Shown: positions 9,067 to 20,400, counted from the first letter of the stretch. The stretch: DNA of 64,000 nucleotides from Polyangiaceae bacterium (GCA_044376115.1 JBILLK010000020.1:32001-96000); one strand, 5' to 3'. The notes: generated by a model from the sequence alone, not told the origin. Translations and numbers: made by a program.

Positions 9067-12000
9067 GGCCGCGTCAGCCAGGCCCAGGTTTCTTTGAGGC
9101 GCTTCTCCGAGACAGGCACGGTCGGCCCGAGTTCGGGCGCAAATACTGCGAGGCGCAGCTCCTCAGTCATCCAATAGAACTGCTCGAGCTCCCCTGCCGC
9201 GATACCGCGTTTGAGCAGCGCGTCGCGCTTACTCCAATAGTTGGCTGCGTACGGCACGACGCCCAGGGCCTTGTCGCGATCTTTCAAGGGACCGTTTGGC
9301 AGTCTGGATAGGCGGATCAGAATGCCCCCGAGATAGCGCGGTAACGCGGCGACCCGCGAGTAAGGCTCGTGGGCGACGCGCTCGAGGGAGACAAGGTGCT
9401 TGAGCTGCTGCTCGATATCGGCCAAGGCCTCACGTGGAAACCCGGGTTTCCCAGCGCTCGCCTTCAAGGTCGCGCGAATCTTGTCGGTGGGCTCCACCAG
9501 CGCCAGCACGAGAGTCGCTAGTCGGGACAATCGCGCTGAAAGCGTCAGCTTCGTCCGCTCGACCAACCGCTCAAATTCAGCCACGCTACGAGGCAGCGAC
9601 CCTTCCTCGAACACCAGCTCCTGCAATACACGTTTGACGACCACCGACCGTGGATTGGCTCTCCCATCGGAGAGAGAGCTCGCGGCGATACGCGCCGGGA
9701 CCTCCTTCACAAGCGCATCCAGGTTCGTTCGCAAGGCCAGTAGGAGGAGCTCGATGACGCCGTCGATTGTGGCGCGGTCTGCGTCCTCTTTGGACGACAA
9801 CAGGAGCAAGTCCACCGAGCGACTGCCAGCGACCAACGCTGGAAATGCCTCGACCTTCCCACCTTTCCAAGCAATGGACACGGAGGACGGCAAACCAGAA
9901 GCGGGGAACGTAACTAATCCAATGCGCTCAAAGGAGCCTTTGGAGATCGTGCCAAAGGTCTCACGTCCACGCGTACTGAAGCGCGTACGCAGATCCCCGA
10001 GATCACGGCTCTCCGCGAGCGCATGGCCCGCCTCATCGACGATGCGAAAGTTGAAGCGGAGATAGGCTGGTAGGGCCTCGAGGTCGAAGCTCGATTCATT
10101 GACACGCACGCCAGTTAGGTCGTGGAGGGCCTTGCACAAGGCGCTAATCATCGAGCCTTGGAACGGTCGCAAACCTTCCGCGATTAGGGTGACGAAGGAG
10201 CGGTCCACGCCGAGCGTACGCTGCAGAGACTTGGGCAGGCCAAACAGGAGTTGCGCCACCTTCTCCTCGTGCCAGCCCGGGATCGTCCAGTCGAAGATCG
10301 CTGGATCGAGCTGGGGCAACAGCACCGTTGCCACCGTACACGTGGCGCCATCCTCCTCGGCGCTGGGATCGAATTGGTAGCTAACGGGAAGCGCTACCGA
10401 CCCTACGCGGAGCTGCTCTGGATAGCGCTCTTTGGAGAGAGCGGTCGCGTCTCCGAGCAGCACGTCCTCGAGGCTAAGGTGCAATAGCTTTGGAGTGGCC
10501 TTTTCTGCGGTAGCCCGCCAGGAGTCAAAGGTCTTTCCGCTCGTCACCTCGTCAGGGACGCGCTTGTCAAAAAAGCTAAAGAGCGCGTCCTCGTCCGCCA
10601 TCATATCGCTCATTCGAGCGCGCGCTCTCAGCTCCTTGACCTGGTCCATCAGCTGCCGATTGCTCAAAATGAACTGAGGCAACGGGGCGGGCTCGTACTG
10701 TTCGCGCACCAAACCGTCCATGATGAAGACTTTGCGGGCCACCTTGGGATACAGGTTTGCGATGCGAACCCGGTCTCCACGCACGATGGGGAGCCCGTAC
10801 AGAGTTACCTCTTCCTTCGCCATGACCTCGCCAGTGCGCTCGGCAAAGTAAGGATCGCCGTGGCTCCTTCGGCAAAGAGGCCCGGCGATGGCTGGTAAAC
10901 ACTCTGGGTCAATCGCGGCAGCGACTCGGCCAAACAACTGGGATGTCTCCACCAGCTCGGCAACCACCACCCATGCGGGGGGCTTACGCGCTAGGCCAGA
11001 ACCTGGGTGGAGTACAAATCGAGTTTGACGAGCGCCAGAATAGGCTCTGTTTTCCTGGTTCCAGAGGCCAATGCGGCTCAACAGTCCGGGCAATATGGCT
11101 CGATGAATCGCCGCCTCATCGGCAGGCTTCGAGTTCATTTTTAGTTTCATATCGATCACGACGCCACGCAGCTGGTCGTGGATGTCGGCCCACTCGCGCA
11201 TACGCATGAACGATAGATGGTTACGTGCGCAATAGTTCCGCACCTGACTCTGCGTCTTCCCTGCGGTGTCCGCGTGGAAGACTCGCCACAGGCGCAGGAG
11301 GGACATGAAGTCCGACCGCTCATCGCGGTATTGACGATGGGCTTGATCCGCTGCGGCGGGGTTAGAGAGGGACCGCTCGCGCGGATCAGCGAGGCCGAGC
11401 GCCGACGCAATGACGAGGATCTCCGTGAGCGCGCCCTCTGCTTCGCCACCCAACACCATCCGGGCCACCCGCGGATCGAGGGGCAACCGCGCCAACTTCT
11501 TCCCGATCTCGGTCAGCTGGCTGGCCTCATCCAGTGCGCCCAGCTCCTCCAGAACGCGGTATCCCTCATCCACGGCTCTCTTCGGCGGCGGATCGACAAA
11601 CGGGAACTCACGCAGCTCGCCAATACCGAGCGACTTCATCTGCAAGATGGCGCCAGAGAGCCCCACCCGCAACACCTCTGGGTCGGTGAAGGCGGAGCGC
11701 AGCTTGAAATCGGCCTCCTCGTAAAGTCGGAAGCAGACGCCACTGCGAGTTCGCCCGGCGCGCCCTTTACGCTGCTCCGCGCTTGCCTGCGAAACAGGCT
11801 CTACCAACAATTGGGTTACGCCGCTCCGTGGCTGGTAGCGATTGATTCGGGCCGTCCCCGTATCAATCACATAAACGATGCCGGGGATGGTAAGTGATGT
11901 CTCCGCGACGTTGGTGGACAGTACAATGCGCCGCTGAGAGCTAGGCGCGAAGACCTTCTTCTGGTCGGCCTGGGATAGTCGGCCATAGAGCGGTAGCAGA

Positions 12001-12809
12001 ACCGTATGTGGAAGCGCGTGCTCCTCCAGCGCTCGCATCGCGTCGTGGATCTCGCGTTCCCCGGGAAGAAAGATGAGGATGTCCTCACGTGGGTCGAGCG
12101 TCGTTATCTCCTCGACGACCGCGGCGATGGTTTCCGAAAGACCCTCTTCGGTATCCGAGGGTGGCCGATAAAAAGTCTCGACCGGGTACGTCCTCCCAGA
12201 AACCTCAATCACCGGAGCGCCGCCAAAGAAGGCGGAGAACCGTGAAGTCTCCAAGGTTGCGGACGAGAGCACCAGGCGAAAGTCGGGGCGCGTTGGCAAC
12301 AGCCGCTTCAAATAGCCCAGTAGGAAGTCGATATTGAGCGTCCGCTCGTGGGCCTCATCCAGAATGATCGTGTCGTACTGGAGCAGCTTTGGATCTCCCT
12401 GAATCTCGGCCAGGAGGATGCCGTCGGTCATGAACTTTACGTACGTATCGCGCGAGGTGCGGTTGGCGAAGCGGATCTGGTAGCCGACTTCGCGCCCGAG
12501 CTCGCACTTGAGTTCTTCAGCCACTCGGGCGGCCACACTGGTTGCCGCAATTCGCCGCGGCTGCGTAACCCCAATGCGCCCTTCGAGTCCGCGGCCCATC
12601 GCGAGGCAGATCTTGGGCAGCTGCGTCGTCTTCCCGGAGCCGGTTTCACCCGCTACCACCACCACTTGGTGGTCGTGGATCGCCCGAGCGATCTCGGCGA
12701 CCTTGGCGGTGATCGGGAGCTCCTCGGGGAAGTCGATGGGAGACGACTTGGACGGCGGAGCCGGGGCCGGAGCCGGAGCGGAGGCGAGTTTTGGAGGAGT
12801 TGGACGCAT
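9063..12809 (-). CDS. hrpA: ATP-dependent RNA helicase HrpA (DEAH, with C-terminal DUF3418-type extension)
   Basis: GETGSGKTTQLPK, TQPRRIAA, DEAHER, SATL, STNVAETSLTIPGI and QRKGRAGR motifs, ending in EELRLAVFAPEL. The start at ATG 12809 is uncertain. Confidence 0.93.
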   Translation of the reverse strand: MRPTPPKLASAPAPAPAPPSKSSPIDFPEELPITAKVAEIARAIHDHQVVVVAGETGSGKTTQLPKICLAMGRGLEGRIGVTQPRRIAATSVAARVAEELKCELGREVGYQIRFANRTSRDTYVKFMTDGILLAEIQGDPKLLQYDTIILDEAHERTLNIDFLLGYLKRLLPTRPDFRLVLSSATLETSRFSAFFGGAPVIEVSGRTYPVETFYRPPSDTEEGLSETIAAVVEEITTLDPREDILIFLPGEREIHDAMRALEEHALPHTVLLPLYGRLSQADQKKVFAPSSQRRIVLSTNVAETSLTIPGIVYVIDTGTARINRYQPRSGVTQLLVEPVSQASAEQRKGRAGRTRSGVCFRLYEEADFKLRSAFTDPEVLRVGLSGAILQMKSLGIGELREFPFVDPPPKRAVDEGYRVLEELGALDEASQLTEIGKKLARLPLDPRVARMVLGGEAEGALTEILVIASALGLADPRERSLSNPAAADQAHRQYRDERSDFMSLLRLWRVFHADTAGKTQSQVRNYCARNHLSFMRMREWADIHDQLRGVVIDMKLKMNSKPADEAAIHRAILPGLLSRIGLWNQENRAYSGARQTRFVLHPGSGLARKPPAWVVVAELVETSQLFGRVAAAIDPECLPAIAGPLCRRSHGDPYFAERTGEVMAKEEVTLYGLPIVRGDRVRIANLYPKVARKVFIMDGLVREQYEPAPLPQFILSNRQLMDQVKELRARARMSDMMADEDALFSFFDKRVPDEVTSGKTFDSWRATAEKATPKLLHLSLEDVLLGDATALSKERYPEQLRVGSVALPVSYQFDPSAEEDGATCTVATVLLPQLDPAIFDWTIPGWHEEKVAQLLFGLPKSLQRTLGVDRSFVTLIAEGLRPFQGSMISALCKALHDLTGVRVNESSFDLEALPAYLRFNFRIVDEAGHALAESRDLGDLRTRFSTRGRETFGTISKGSFERIGLVTFPASGLPSSVSIAWKGGKVEAFPALVAGSRSVDLLLLSSKEDADRATIDGVIELLLLALRTNLDALVKEVPARIAASSLSDGRANPRSVVVKRVLQELVFEEGSLPRSVAEFERLVERTKLTLSARLSRLATLVLALVEPTDKIRATLKASAGKPGFPREALADIEQQLKHLVSLERVAHEPYSRVAALPRYLGGILIRLSRLPNGPLKDRDKALGVVPYAANYWSKRDALLKRGIAAGELEQFYWMTEELRLAVFAPELGPTVPVSEKRLKETWAWLTRP

Positions 12810-12951
12810 GCGGAAGAGGACGTTCGAGTCTCTTACACCAGACGCGACCAAGAGCCTCATGCGGTCACAAAAATGAACTCGGCCCCTGGCCAAAGGCGAG
12901 GGACCGAGCTTGGTGTGCGCAGCCGGGTAAGCCCAGCGTCGCGAGCGCCGT

Positions 12952-14673
12952 TCAGTCTTGCGTGGTTCCAACCATCGACGGGTTGACCGACCAATTGAAG
13001 GCGTCGAGGAGCGTCAATGAGTCCCACGAGTGATCGGCGACATCGAAGATGATGTATTCGATGGTGAAGGTTTCACCGGGGACGATGGGCGCCGTCGTGG
13101 TCAACCACCCAGTCGCGCCAGCGTCGTTGGTGCCCATTTGCGGTGAGGTGTAACCGGTTCCTGCGAGCTCTGCGTCACCGAGCGGACAACCAACGCAGAC
13201 ATCAAAGAAGCCGTTGTTAACGTCGACACGCCCGCCCGTTGAATCGAAGGAGATGTTCTTGTCTACAGGCAGGTTTGCCGCACCGCTAGTCAACAATGCG
13301 AGGAAGGTATCGTTGAACTGTGAGTTGACCCATTCAGGGTACTCGGCCGAGAAGAACTTGAATTTGAACGAGAAGCTCTCGGCGTTGGTCGGAGCCCGCA
13401 AGGTCAACCGCAGATTGACACCGTCATTGACGGATCCCACGCCTGGCGTACTTGCAGGCCAACCGGAGACGGCTCCTCCGGTAAAGCCAGAGCCATCAGG
13501 AACGATGTACCCCGCGTTGTTGGGCGCTCGAGCAGTCCCGCTCGAGATCGCCCCCATGGTGGCATTCTGCTGAGGCATATTGACGCCAAAGGTCTGAAGC
13601 ACCCCGAGCTGAACGGCCGCCGGGGCTGTGGCTGTACCGTTGGGTTGCACCAGCTCGGCGCTGATGAGACCCCACTTTTTATTGACTTGAGGAGGGTTGG
13701 CAACGGTGGTTTGGCAGATATCCATCGCCTGCGCCAACTGCAGCCCGGTGAGCGCGCCGAGGTTCTCCACCGTGCTGCAGTTCGTCGGTGTGGAGGCGTC
13801 CATCGTTGCTGGATCGCAATCGTCGTCGAGATTGTTACCTGTCGCTTCGTAGGCCCCCGGATTCACCTTCTCCGGCTCGGTGCAGCCTTGTGCCGCGGAG
13901 TCGCAACAATCCCCCTGGCAGACCGTCCATCCGTCGCCATCGAGGTCGGGCACGTCATCCGCCATGCCCGAGCAGTCCTCATCGATGCCGTTAGCACAGA
14001 GTTCATTGTCCGGTATGACTTCACCGAGACACGGCCCGTAGCCTTGTCCCGTGACGCCGCAGGTGCGGGTTCCGCCAACGCAAGCGCCAACGTTCTGCGT
14101 ACCAGGCGGCCCGGTGTAACAATTCTGCTGAGAGCCCGGCGTACAAATGCACTCCGACGCTGACTCGCAACCATTGGACGCATCGCCGTCGCAGTCGAAG
14201 AACCCTGCATCGCATTGGCCTACCGTGCAGATACCCGTGCTGCAGGTCGTCGACAGATTGGCCAAGACATCGCAGGCGTTCGTGCACGAGCCGCAGTAGT
14301 CGAAGTCTGTCTGCGTATCGACGCAGGTGGCGTCGCAACACGTTAGACCATCTGCGCACGGCGACACGTCGGAGCATCCGGGGACGCACTCGCCTGAGGC
14401 GTCGCAGATCGTTCCGGGGCTGCAGTCTTGGTCGCCGGTACAACCGGTAGCGCCACCTTCACCCCCTGCGTTGAACCCGCCATTGCTGCTACCGCCGCTG
14501 CTGGTTTGACCGCCGCTAGCGGTGGTCCCACCGGTTCCACCGCCACCGCTCGAGGAGTCAGAACCACCGTCAGTGTTCGAGGAACTCTGTCCGCTATCTC
14601 CACAGGCGGACAAGGTGCCGCAAACTAGCCACGCAGCCAAAGCAGTAGTCGCAGTTCGCTGAAAGGTTCTCAT
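12952..14673 (-). CDS. Cys-rich lipoprotein with metal-binding (ExCNGxDDDC-type) repeats and a C-terminal choice-of-anchor-L-like domain
   Basis: Lipobox LSAC, Gly/Ser linker, ELCANGIDEDC, DLDGDGWTVCQGDCCD, VNPGAYE..GNNLDDDC. C-terminal FKFFSAEYPEWV.SQFNDTF...GATGWLTTTAPIVPGETF. Confidence 0.75.
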   Translation of the reverse strand: MRTFQRTATTALAAWLVCGTLSACGDSGQSSSNTDGGSDSSSGGGGTGGTTASGGQTSSGGSSNGGFNAGGEGGATGCTGDQDCSPGTICDASGECVPGCSDVSPCADGLTCCDATCVDTQTDFDYCGSCTNACDVLANLSTTCSTGICTVGQCDAGFFDCDGDASNGCESASECICTPGSQQNCYTGPPGTQNVGACVGGTRTCGVTGQGYGPCLGEVIPDNELCANGIDEDCSGMADDVPDLDGDGWTVCQGDCCDSAAQGCTEPEKVNPGAYEATGNNLDDDCDPATMDASTPTNCSTVENLGALTGLQLAQAMDICQTTVANPPQVNKKWGLISAELVQPNGTATAPAAVQLGVLQTFGVNMPQQNATMGAISSGTARAPNNAGYIVPDGSGFTGGAVSGWPASTPGVGSVNDGVNLRLTLRAPTNAESFSFKFKFFSAEYPEWVNSQFNDTFLALLTSGAANLPVDKNISFDSTGGRVDVNNGFFDVCVGCPLGDAELAGTGYTSPQMGTNDAGATGWLTTTAPIVPGETFTIEYIIFDVADHSWDSLTLLDAFNWSVNPSMVGTTQD

Positions 14674-15044
14674 GGTCCGATTGTCGACGGAAGCGGCCAA
14701 CGGAATCCAGAAAAGAACAAGCTTCCGCAAAGGCAGGTAGGACACCTCCGTACGAAGGAGCTGCAACGTCGCCTCAGTCGTGAAGCGGCAACGAACAGAC
14801 CTGGAGGAAGGGCCTCGCTCAACGTTCTCAACTCTTTGAGAGAACTGACCGTAGGTTCTCAATATTCGCTAGTGAGCTCTGGCTGTGCGTTTGACAGTTT
14901 GAGGACAAAGAAAGCTGGGGTTGGTGGTTGCCGCTCTTGAGTATCGTCGCTAAACGAACAGACCTTCGTATGGTCAAAACTGTACCCCGTGCTTGGCAGC
15001 CGACCCAAGCGTTCACGCATGCTTCCAGAGCCTAGGAGGGGGAA

Positions 15045-16535
15045 GTGTCGCTAGCCAAGAGAGCCCTGTCAGGATTCCTGTGGACCACCGGTGCGAACAT
15101 AAGCTCGCGGGTGGTCACCATCGTGAGCACCTTCATCCTGACCCGATTCCTCGCTCCGGAACTCCAGGGGGAAGTGAACGTCGCAGTTGCCATTGTGGCG
15201 TTGCTAAGCGCCGCATCCGCCTTTGGCGTTGGGCAGTTCATCGCCGCCCATCCCAAAGAGTCGCGGGCAGTAGTGTTTCATGGCGGCTTACTCGTCATTG
15301 GCGGAGGCATCGTCACCAGCCTTATCGCGGTGCTCTTGCGTCACCCGCTTACCGGGCTATTGAAGACACCCGGCGCGGCGGCCTTCTTACCGTTGGTTGC
15401 ACTGGCAGGCTTCATTGATCGGCTCAGCTGGCTACCTCGCAATGTGCTCGTGCGGGAAATGCAATTTAAGTTGGTGGGGTTGCGTGTCGCACTGGGCGAG
15501 TTCGTCTACGCCGGGACGAGCATAGCGCTCGCCTATAAGGGGTTCGGCGCGTACGCAATCGTTTATGCAAACCTGGCACGCGCGATCTTGGCGCTGCTCT
15601 TCTTGGCCTCGGTGACCCAGTTTAGAGACTACTTCGAGCCTGCACGCTTGAAGTTGGAGATCTTCGGTCGGATCCTTCGCTTTGGAATGCCAATCAATCA
15701 AGCGGGCTTACTGGGCGTTGCGGCCACACTTGGCGATAACATGCTAATGGCGCGGCTCTTTGGGCCGGCTACGGTGGGGCTCTACAATCAAGCGTATCGA
15801 GTCGCAGAATTGCCCGGGACCACGCTAGGAGACCAGGTAACCGACGTACTCGTTCCAACGTTTGCCCGGATTGACGACGTCCAGGAGAGAAAACGTGGGT
15901 TCCTACGCGCGGTGGGGTTGATGGCGGTGCTCGTGTTCCCGATGTCGGCTGGCCTCGGAGCGGTAGCGCACACGATGGTCGCTACCTTCTACGCGCCTGC
16001 TTACGCGGGCGTAGCACCGTTTTTGGCCGTGCTCGCAACCATGAGCATGCTGCGCTCTTTCGGCTGGCTTGCCATGGGGTACCTGCAGGTCGTCGGGCGC
16101 ACGCTGCAGCTGATGTATATCGAGCTTGTGCTCGTCATTAGCATCCTCGGTTTCATCGCCGTATTTTCACCGTTCGGCCCAGTCGTATCGGCGTGTGGGG
16201 TTGGCCTCGGCTTCTCGCTCCATACGGTGCTGCTGCTCAGCCGTCTCAAGCCCGAGGACGTGCACCTTACCGACGTTGGCAAGACGGTCATTGGGCCGTT
16301 CCTGGCGTGTGGTCCCATGGTTGGCGCAGTGTTCGCCGCACGATACCTTTGGACTTGGCTTGGCCTTCCGGCAGGGGTTGGCTTGCTATGCGAGGTGACT
16401 TTTGGGGCGATCATGTTCGTCGCTGGGGCTTTCATCTTTGCGCGCACACTCGCCAATGAGTTCATCAAGCAGGCCAAAGGGGTAATCGCGCGAAAGCGTG
16501 GCCGCGCAGAGCCCGAAGCGCCTGAGGCTTCCTGA
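15045..16535 (+). CDS. Polysaccharide/oligosaccharide flippase (Wzx/PST family)
   Basis: SLAKRALSGFLWT..ILTRFLAPE..G, DNMLMARLFGPATVGLYNQAY, and many TM segments. RBS AGGAGG upstream of the GTG. Confidence 0.88.
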   Translation: MSLAKRALSGFLWTTGANISSRVVTIVSTFILTRFLAPELQGEVNVAVAIVALLSAASAFGVGQFIAAHPKESRAVVFHGGLLVIGGGIVTSLIAVLLRHPLTGLLKTPGAAAFLPLVALAGFIDRLSWLPRNVLVREMQFKLVGLRVALGEFVYAGTSIALAYKGFGAYAIVYANLARAILALLFLASVTQFRDYFEPARLKLEIFGRILRFGMPINQAGLLGVAATLGDNMLMARLFGPATVGLYNQAYRVAELPGTTLGDQVTDVLVPTFARIDDVQERKRGFLRAVGLMAVLVFPMSAGLGAVAHTMVATFYAPAYAGVAPFLAVLATMSMLRSFGWLAMGYLQVVGRTLQLMYIELVLVISILGFIAVFSPFGPVVSACGVGLGFSLHTVLLLSRLKPEDVHLTDVGKTVIGPFLACGPMVGAVFAARYLWTWLGLPAGVGLLCEVTFGAIMFVAGAFIFARTLANEFIKQAKGVIARKRGRAEPEAPEAS

Positions 16536-16547
16536 GAGACGCACCTG

Positions 16548-17414
16548 ATGTCATCCGTCCTAGATGAACTGGTATTGCTACTGGGCCTCGAGCGCATCGA
16601 GGAGAACCTTTTTCGGGGCCAAAGCCAAGACCTCGGCTGGGGCACAGTCTTCGGTGGCCAAGTCTTGGGGCAGGCTCTTTCCGCTGCGGTACAGACGGTA
16701 CCCCGGGAACGTCATGCCCATTCGCTACATGCCTATTTCCTCCGGCCGGGGGATGTTTCTAAACCAATCATCTACGACGTCGATCGCATTCGCGATGGCA
16801 GCTCCTTCACCACCCGCCGCGTGGTCGCGATCCAAGCTGGCCAGCCCATCTTCAACCTTGCGGCGTCCTTTCAGAAGCTCGAGCAGGGGTTTTCTCACGC
16901 AGACGTGATGCCAACCGTTCCGCCGCCCGAGCAGCTGCCGAGTGAACAAGAACGGGTCGCGCCCTTCGTCCTGCGGTTGCCCAAGTTCCTGCGGGAGCGG
17001 GCGGTCGCCGAGCGAGCGTTTGAGCTGAAGCCCGTAGAGGCCGAATCCGATCCGTTTCTGCCTTCGCCGGTTGCACCCGTGCGCCACGTATGGCTTCGTA
17101 CCACCGGAAAGCTGCCTGATGATCTCGCGCTACACCAATATCTTTTGGCGTACGCATCCGACCATGCATTCCTAACGACGGCGCTGCTGCCTCACGGAGC
17201 CACTTGGCTCACCCCCGGAATGCAGGTGGCGAGCCTCGATCACGTCATGTGGTTTCATAGGCCGTTTCGCGTCGATGATTGGCTGCTCCACGTGATGGAG
17301 AGCCCCTCAGCACACGGGGCCCGCGGACTCGTTCGAGGCCGCGTCTTCAGCCGGGACGGGCAACTGGTAGCGACAACCGCCCAGGAAGGCCTGATCCGGC
17401 AGCGCGGGAGCTGA
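16548..17414 (+). CDS. tesB: Acyl-CoA thioesterase II
   Basis: LERIEENLFRG..VFGGQVLGQAL, HSLHAYFLRPGD, RDGSSFTTRRV, LAYASD, ASLDHVMWFHRP, QEGLIR. Confidence 0.95.
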   Translation: MSSVLDELVLLLGLERIEENLFRGQSQDLGWGTVFGGQVLGQALSAAVQTVPRERHAHSLHAYFLRPGDVSKPIIYDVDRIRDGSSFTTRRVVAIQAGQPIFNLAASFQKLEQGFSHADVMPTVPPPEQLPSEQERVAPFVLRLPKFLRERAVAERAFELKPVEAESDPFLPSPVAPVRHVWLRTTGKLPDDLALHQYLLAYASDHAFLTTALLPHGATWLTPGMQVASLDHVMWFHRPFRVDDWLLHVMESPSAHGARGLVRGRVFSRDGQLVATTAQEGLIRQRGS

Positions 17415-17425
17415 CTCGGTATGCT

Positions 17426-20400
17426 CTACTTTTTGAAGAGCTTACCGAGCAATCCCGTTTCGTCTTTGCGCTTCTTGTCACGGCGCATCTGATTCAGTCG
17501 CACCTCGCGCACGGCGTCGATGTTCTTGGGATTCAACTGCACGGCGAGCTTGAAGTCCCGCATCGCCTTCTCTTCCTTACCACTGCGCTTTAGCAAGACT
17601 GCACGGTAGTAGAGAGCTCGCTCGAACATTGGGTCTTTGACCAACACGCCGTCGAGGATGCTCACGAGATCGTCGTAAAAGGTGCTTGTTTTGCCTTCGG
17701 GGACAACCGGTGGATCTCCGCGCCGTAGGGCCTGAATCCAGGTTAAGAGCGCGATGTACTCAACCTGCTCCGGGTCCGCGAGGGCCGCCCGCTTGGCAAA
17801 ACCCTCCGCAGCTGCAAGGTCATTCTTCTTGAGCATGACCTCGGCTTTTTGGTGCTCTATCGACGCGTCCACGACACGTTGCACGACGTCGGCCTCAGTC
17901 TCTCCGCCGCCTTTGCCTAAGCTCTTGACGTAGTCAAAGCGCTTTACCGGATCGTTCAGGCAGTTGTAGGCCTCGTTGAGCTGCGCAAAAATTGTGGAGA
18001 CGGTGTTCTTGACCTCGGCGAGCTCGGCAGGCAGCCGGTCGGGGTGCCACAGCTTGGCCATCTTGAAGTACGCCGCTTGGATCTGCGGATCCGTGGCGTC
18101 CTCACCGACACCGAGTAGCTCAAAGTGGTTCTCGTTTGCGATGCGACCCGCCTTTGTCTCGATCTCCTGCCAGCGATGTTTGTGATCCATCGACAAATGC
18201 GCCGGCGGCCCCTTTTTGGGCGCAGCAGGTGGGGCGCTCGCTCGTGGGGGTATGCTTCCCGATGCCTGCGGGATCCCGAAGGCTTGGGCCGCAGAGACAG
18301 CGGAGGTGGCACCGAACGTCGGCTCCTGAAAGTTCTGCCCGAACGGCCCCGACGGCGCTTGGGGAGCGTAGGCTTGTTGCTGCTGAGCCAACTGCTGAGC
18401 GTAGGCCTGTTGCGCGGCCATCGCTTGCTGCTGCTCCAGATAGGCCTGTTGCGCAGCCATCGCTTGCTGCTGCTCCAGATAGGCCTGTTGCGCAGCCATT
18501 GCCTGCTGCTGCTCATAGGCCTGTTGCGCGGCCATCGCTTGCTGTTGCTCTAGATACGCTTGTTGCGCTTGCTGTTGCTCTAGATACGCCTGTTGCGCTT
18601 GCTGTTGCTCTAGATACGCCTGTTGCGCGGCCATCGCTTGCTGTTGCTCTAGATACGCCTGTTGCGCAGCCATCGCTTGTTGCTGTTGCAGGTATGCCTG
18701 CTGCGCTTGTTGCTGTTGCAGGTACGCCTGCTGCGCTTGTTGCTGTTGCAGGTACGCCTGCTGCGCTTGTTGCTGTGGCAGGTACGCCTGCTGTTGGTCC
18801 ACGCTGGCGGCGTAGCCTTGCGGAGCGTTCTGCCCGTAGGGCTGACCGGCAAAGCCAGCTCCAGCCTGAGCACCTTGCACGGCGGCAAGGACAGCCGAAC
18901 TGTCGGTCATGATGAGCGTACCGCCCGCCCCTTCGAGCGCGTCGTCGAACTCGGGGTCTTCGAAGGAGGGCTCCTCCTCAACGGGCTCGACGGGGGTTGG
19001 GTTCACCGGGGCCCACCGCGCAACGGGCGAAGGTTGCGGTGACAGGGCTATCGGGGCTTTCGGTCGACTGCTTTCAGGACCGAGTGCGATGGGTGCGCGA
19101 GGCGACAGAGGCGGAGAACTCTGTCGTTCGTAGGGGCGGGATGGCGGAACCGAATCGGGCGGGGCTGAAAGCCGATCGTTGGAGCGCGGCGGTTCCGGAG
19201 GAGCTGAGACCCGTTGTGGGCGCGGGCCAGCGGAGGGCGCCGACCGCGCGCCGGACGGGGCAGAAGGAGCCGACGGGGCAGAGGGGGCCGACGGAACGGA
19301 AGGGGCCGACCGTTGGTCGGTCGTTCGAATTGCGACCGGGCCAGGCTCCATCACCCCAGACTGCTTGATTCGGTCTCTCGGGGTGACGCCGACAGGAGGC
19401 TTCGCCTGGGCCCCCGCGATCTCCAAATGCCGCGTGATCGTAAGGGCGTAGACCATGAGCTTCACCACGCGATCCGCGGCAACGCTCGCGCCTAGCAACT
19501 CGTCGACGGTGGTCTTCTTGATCCGCAGGAGGTCAGCCACCGCTGCTTCTTCACGATGCAGCTCGAATCGCTTGAGTTCCGCATCGATGTGCAGACCGAT
19601 GGTCCGTTTCCCGAGCTTATTGACCGTCTGCTCGATCAATGGGTCTTCGGAGCGCATCCGAATTCCGGTCATGATCACGGTCAGCGGCTCGACTGGAGTG
19701 AGCTCGGGTCCACCGTAGGTCTCAAGCAAGTTCGAGTCGGCGTAAAACGCGTAACGTGTATCGGGGGGCAACTCGCAAAGGTGCCCGAGCTTGCGCACGA
19801 GCTGCTGCCGAAGAGCACGCAAGATGGTTGCCCCATCAAGCAACCCTTTGGAGACCAAGTAGCGCCCGTGAAGAACCTTCTTCTTCACGATCTCCATCAG
19901 GCTTTGTCGCAGCGTTTGCTCATCGAGCAACCCCATGTCGAGGAGCACGCGGTCGAGCGGCGCGACCATGCCGCCCGTCCTGGCTTTGCACGGCACTCCT
20001 TTCTCGAAATAGACCCCGTGATTGTCGCCGGCCGGGGTCTGAAACAGGGCGGTGCCCGTCAGACGTTGGTCCAACATGTAGACCAGCAAGTGCACCATCG
20101 GTGTCTTGCTGAGCGTGCCCTCGGCGGTGGGGGTGGGAGCTGCAGCTGGCGCTGGAGGCGGCGCTTGCGCTGGCGCCGGCGCTGGAGCAGCCGCGACCGG
20201 TATGACTTGCGCTGCTTTGGCAGCAGGCGGTACGCGCGGCTGGGCTGGGGGCGGGGCGGGGAGTGGTTTCGGCGCTGGTGCTGGCGCCGGATCTGGCAGG
20301 CGCGAAGCTGCAACGGCGGCGGCAACCGCAGCGGCATTTGCGATCTTGGTGGAATCGGCTCCCCTCGCCTCGTCCTCCGCATCGTCGCCCCACGCAACAG

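Noticed and set aside
14674..15044. RNase P RNA, tmRNA, 6S RNA or c-di-GMP riboswitch
   Set aside because: Hallmark sequences were not found (GAGGAAAGTCC, tRNA-like ends with a tag ORF, GEMM motif). The region is kept only as an unassigned candidate.
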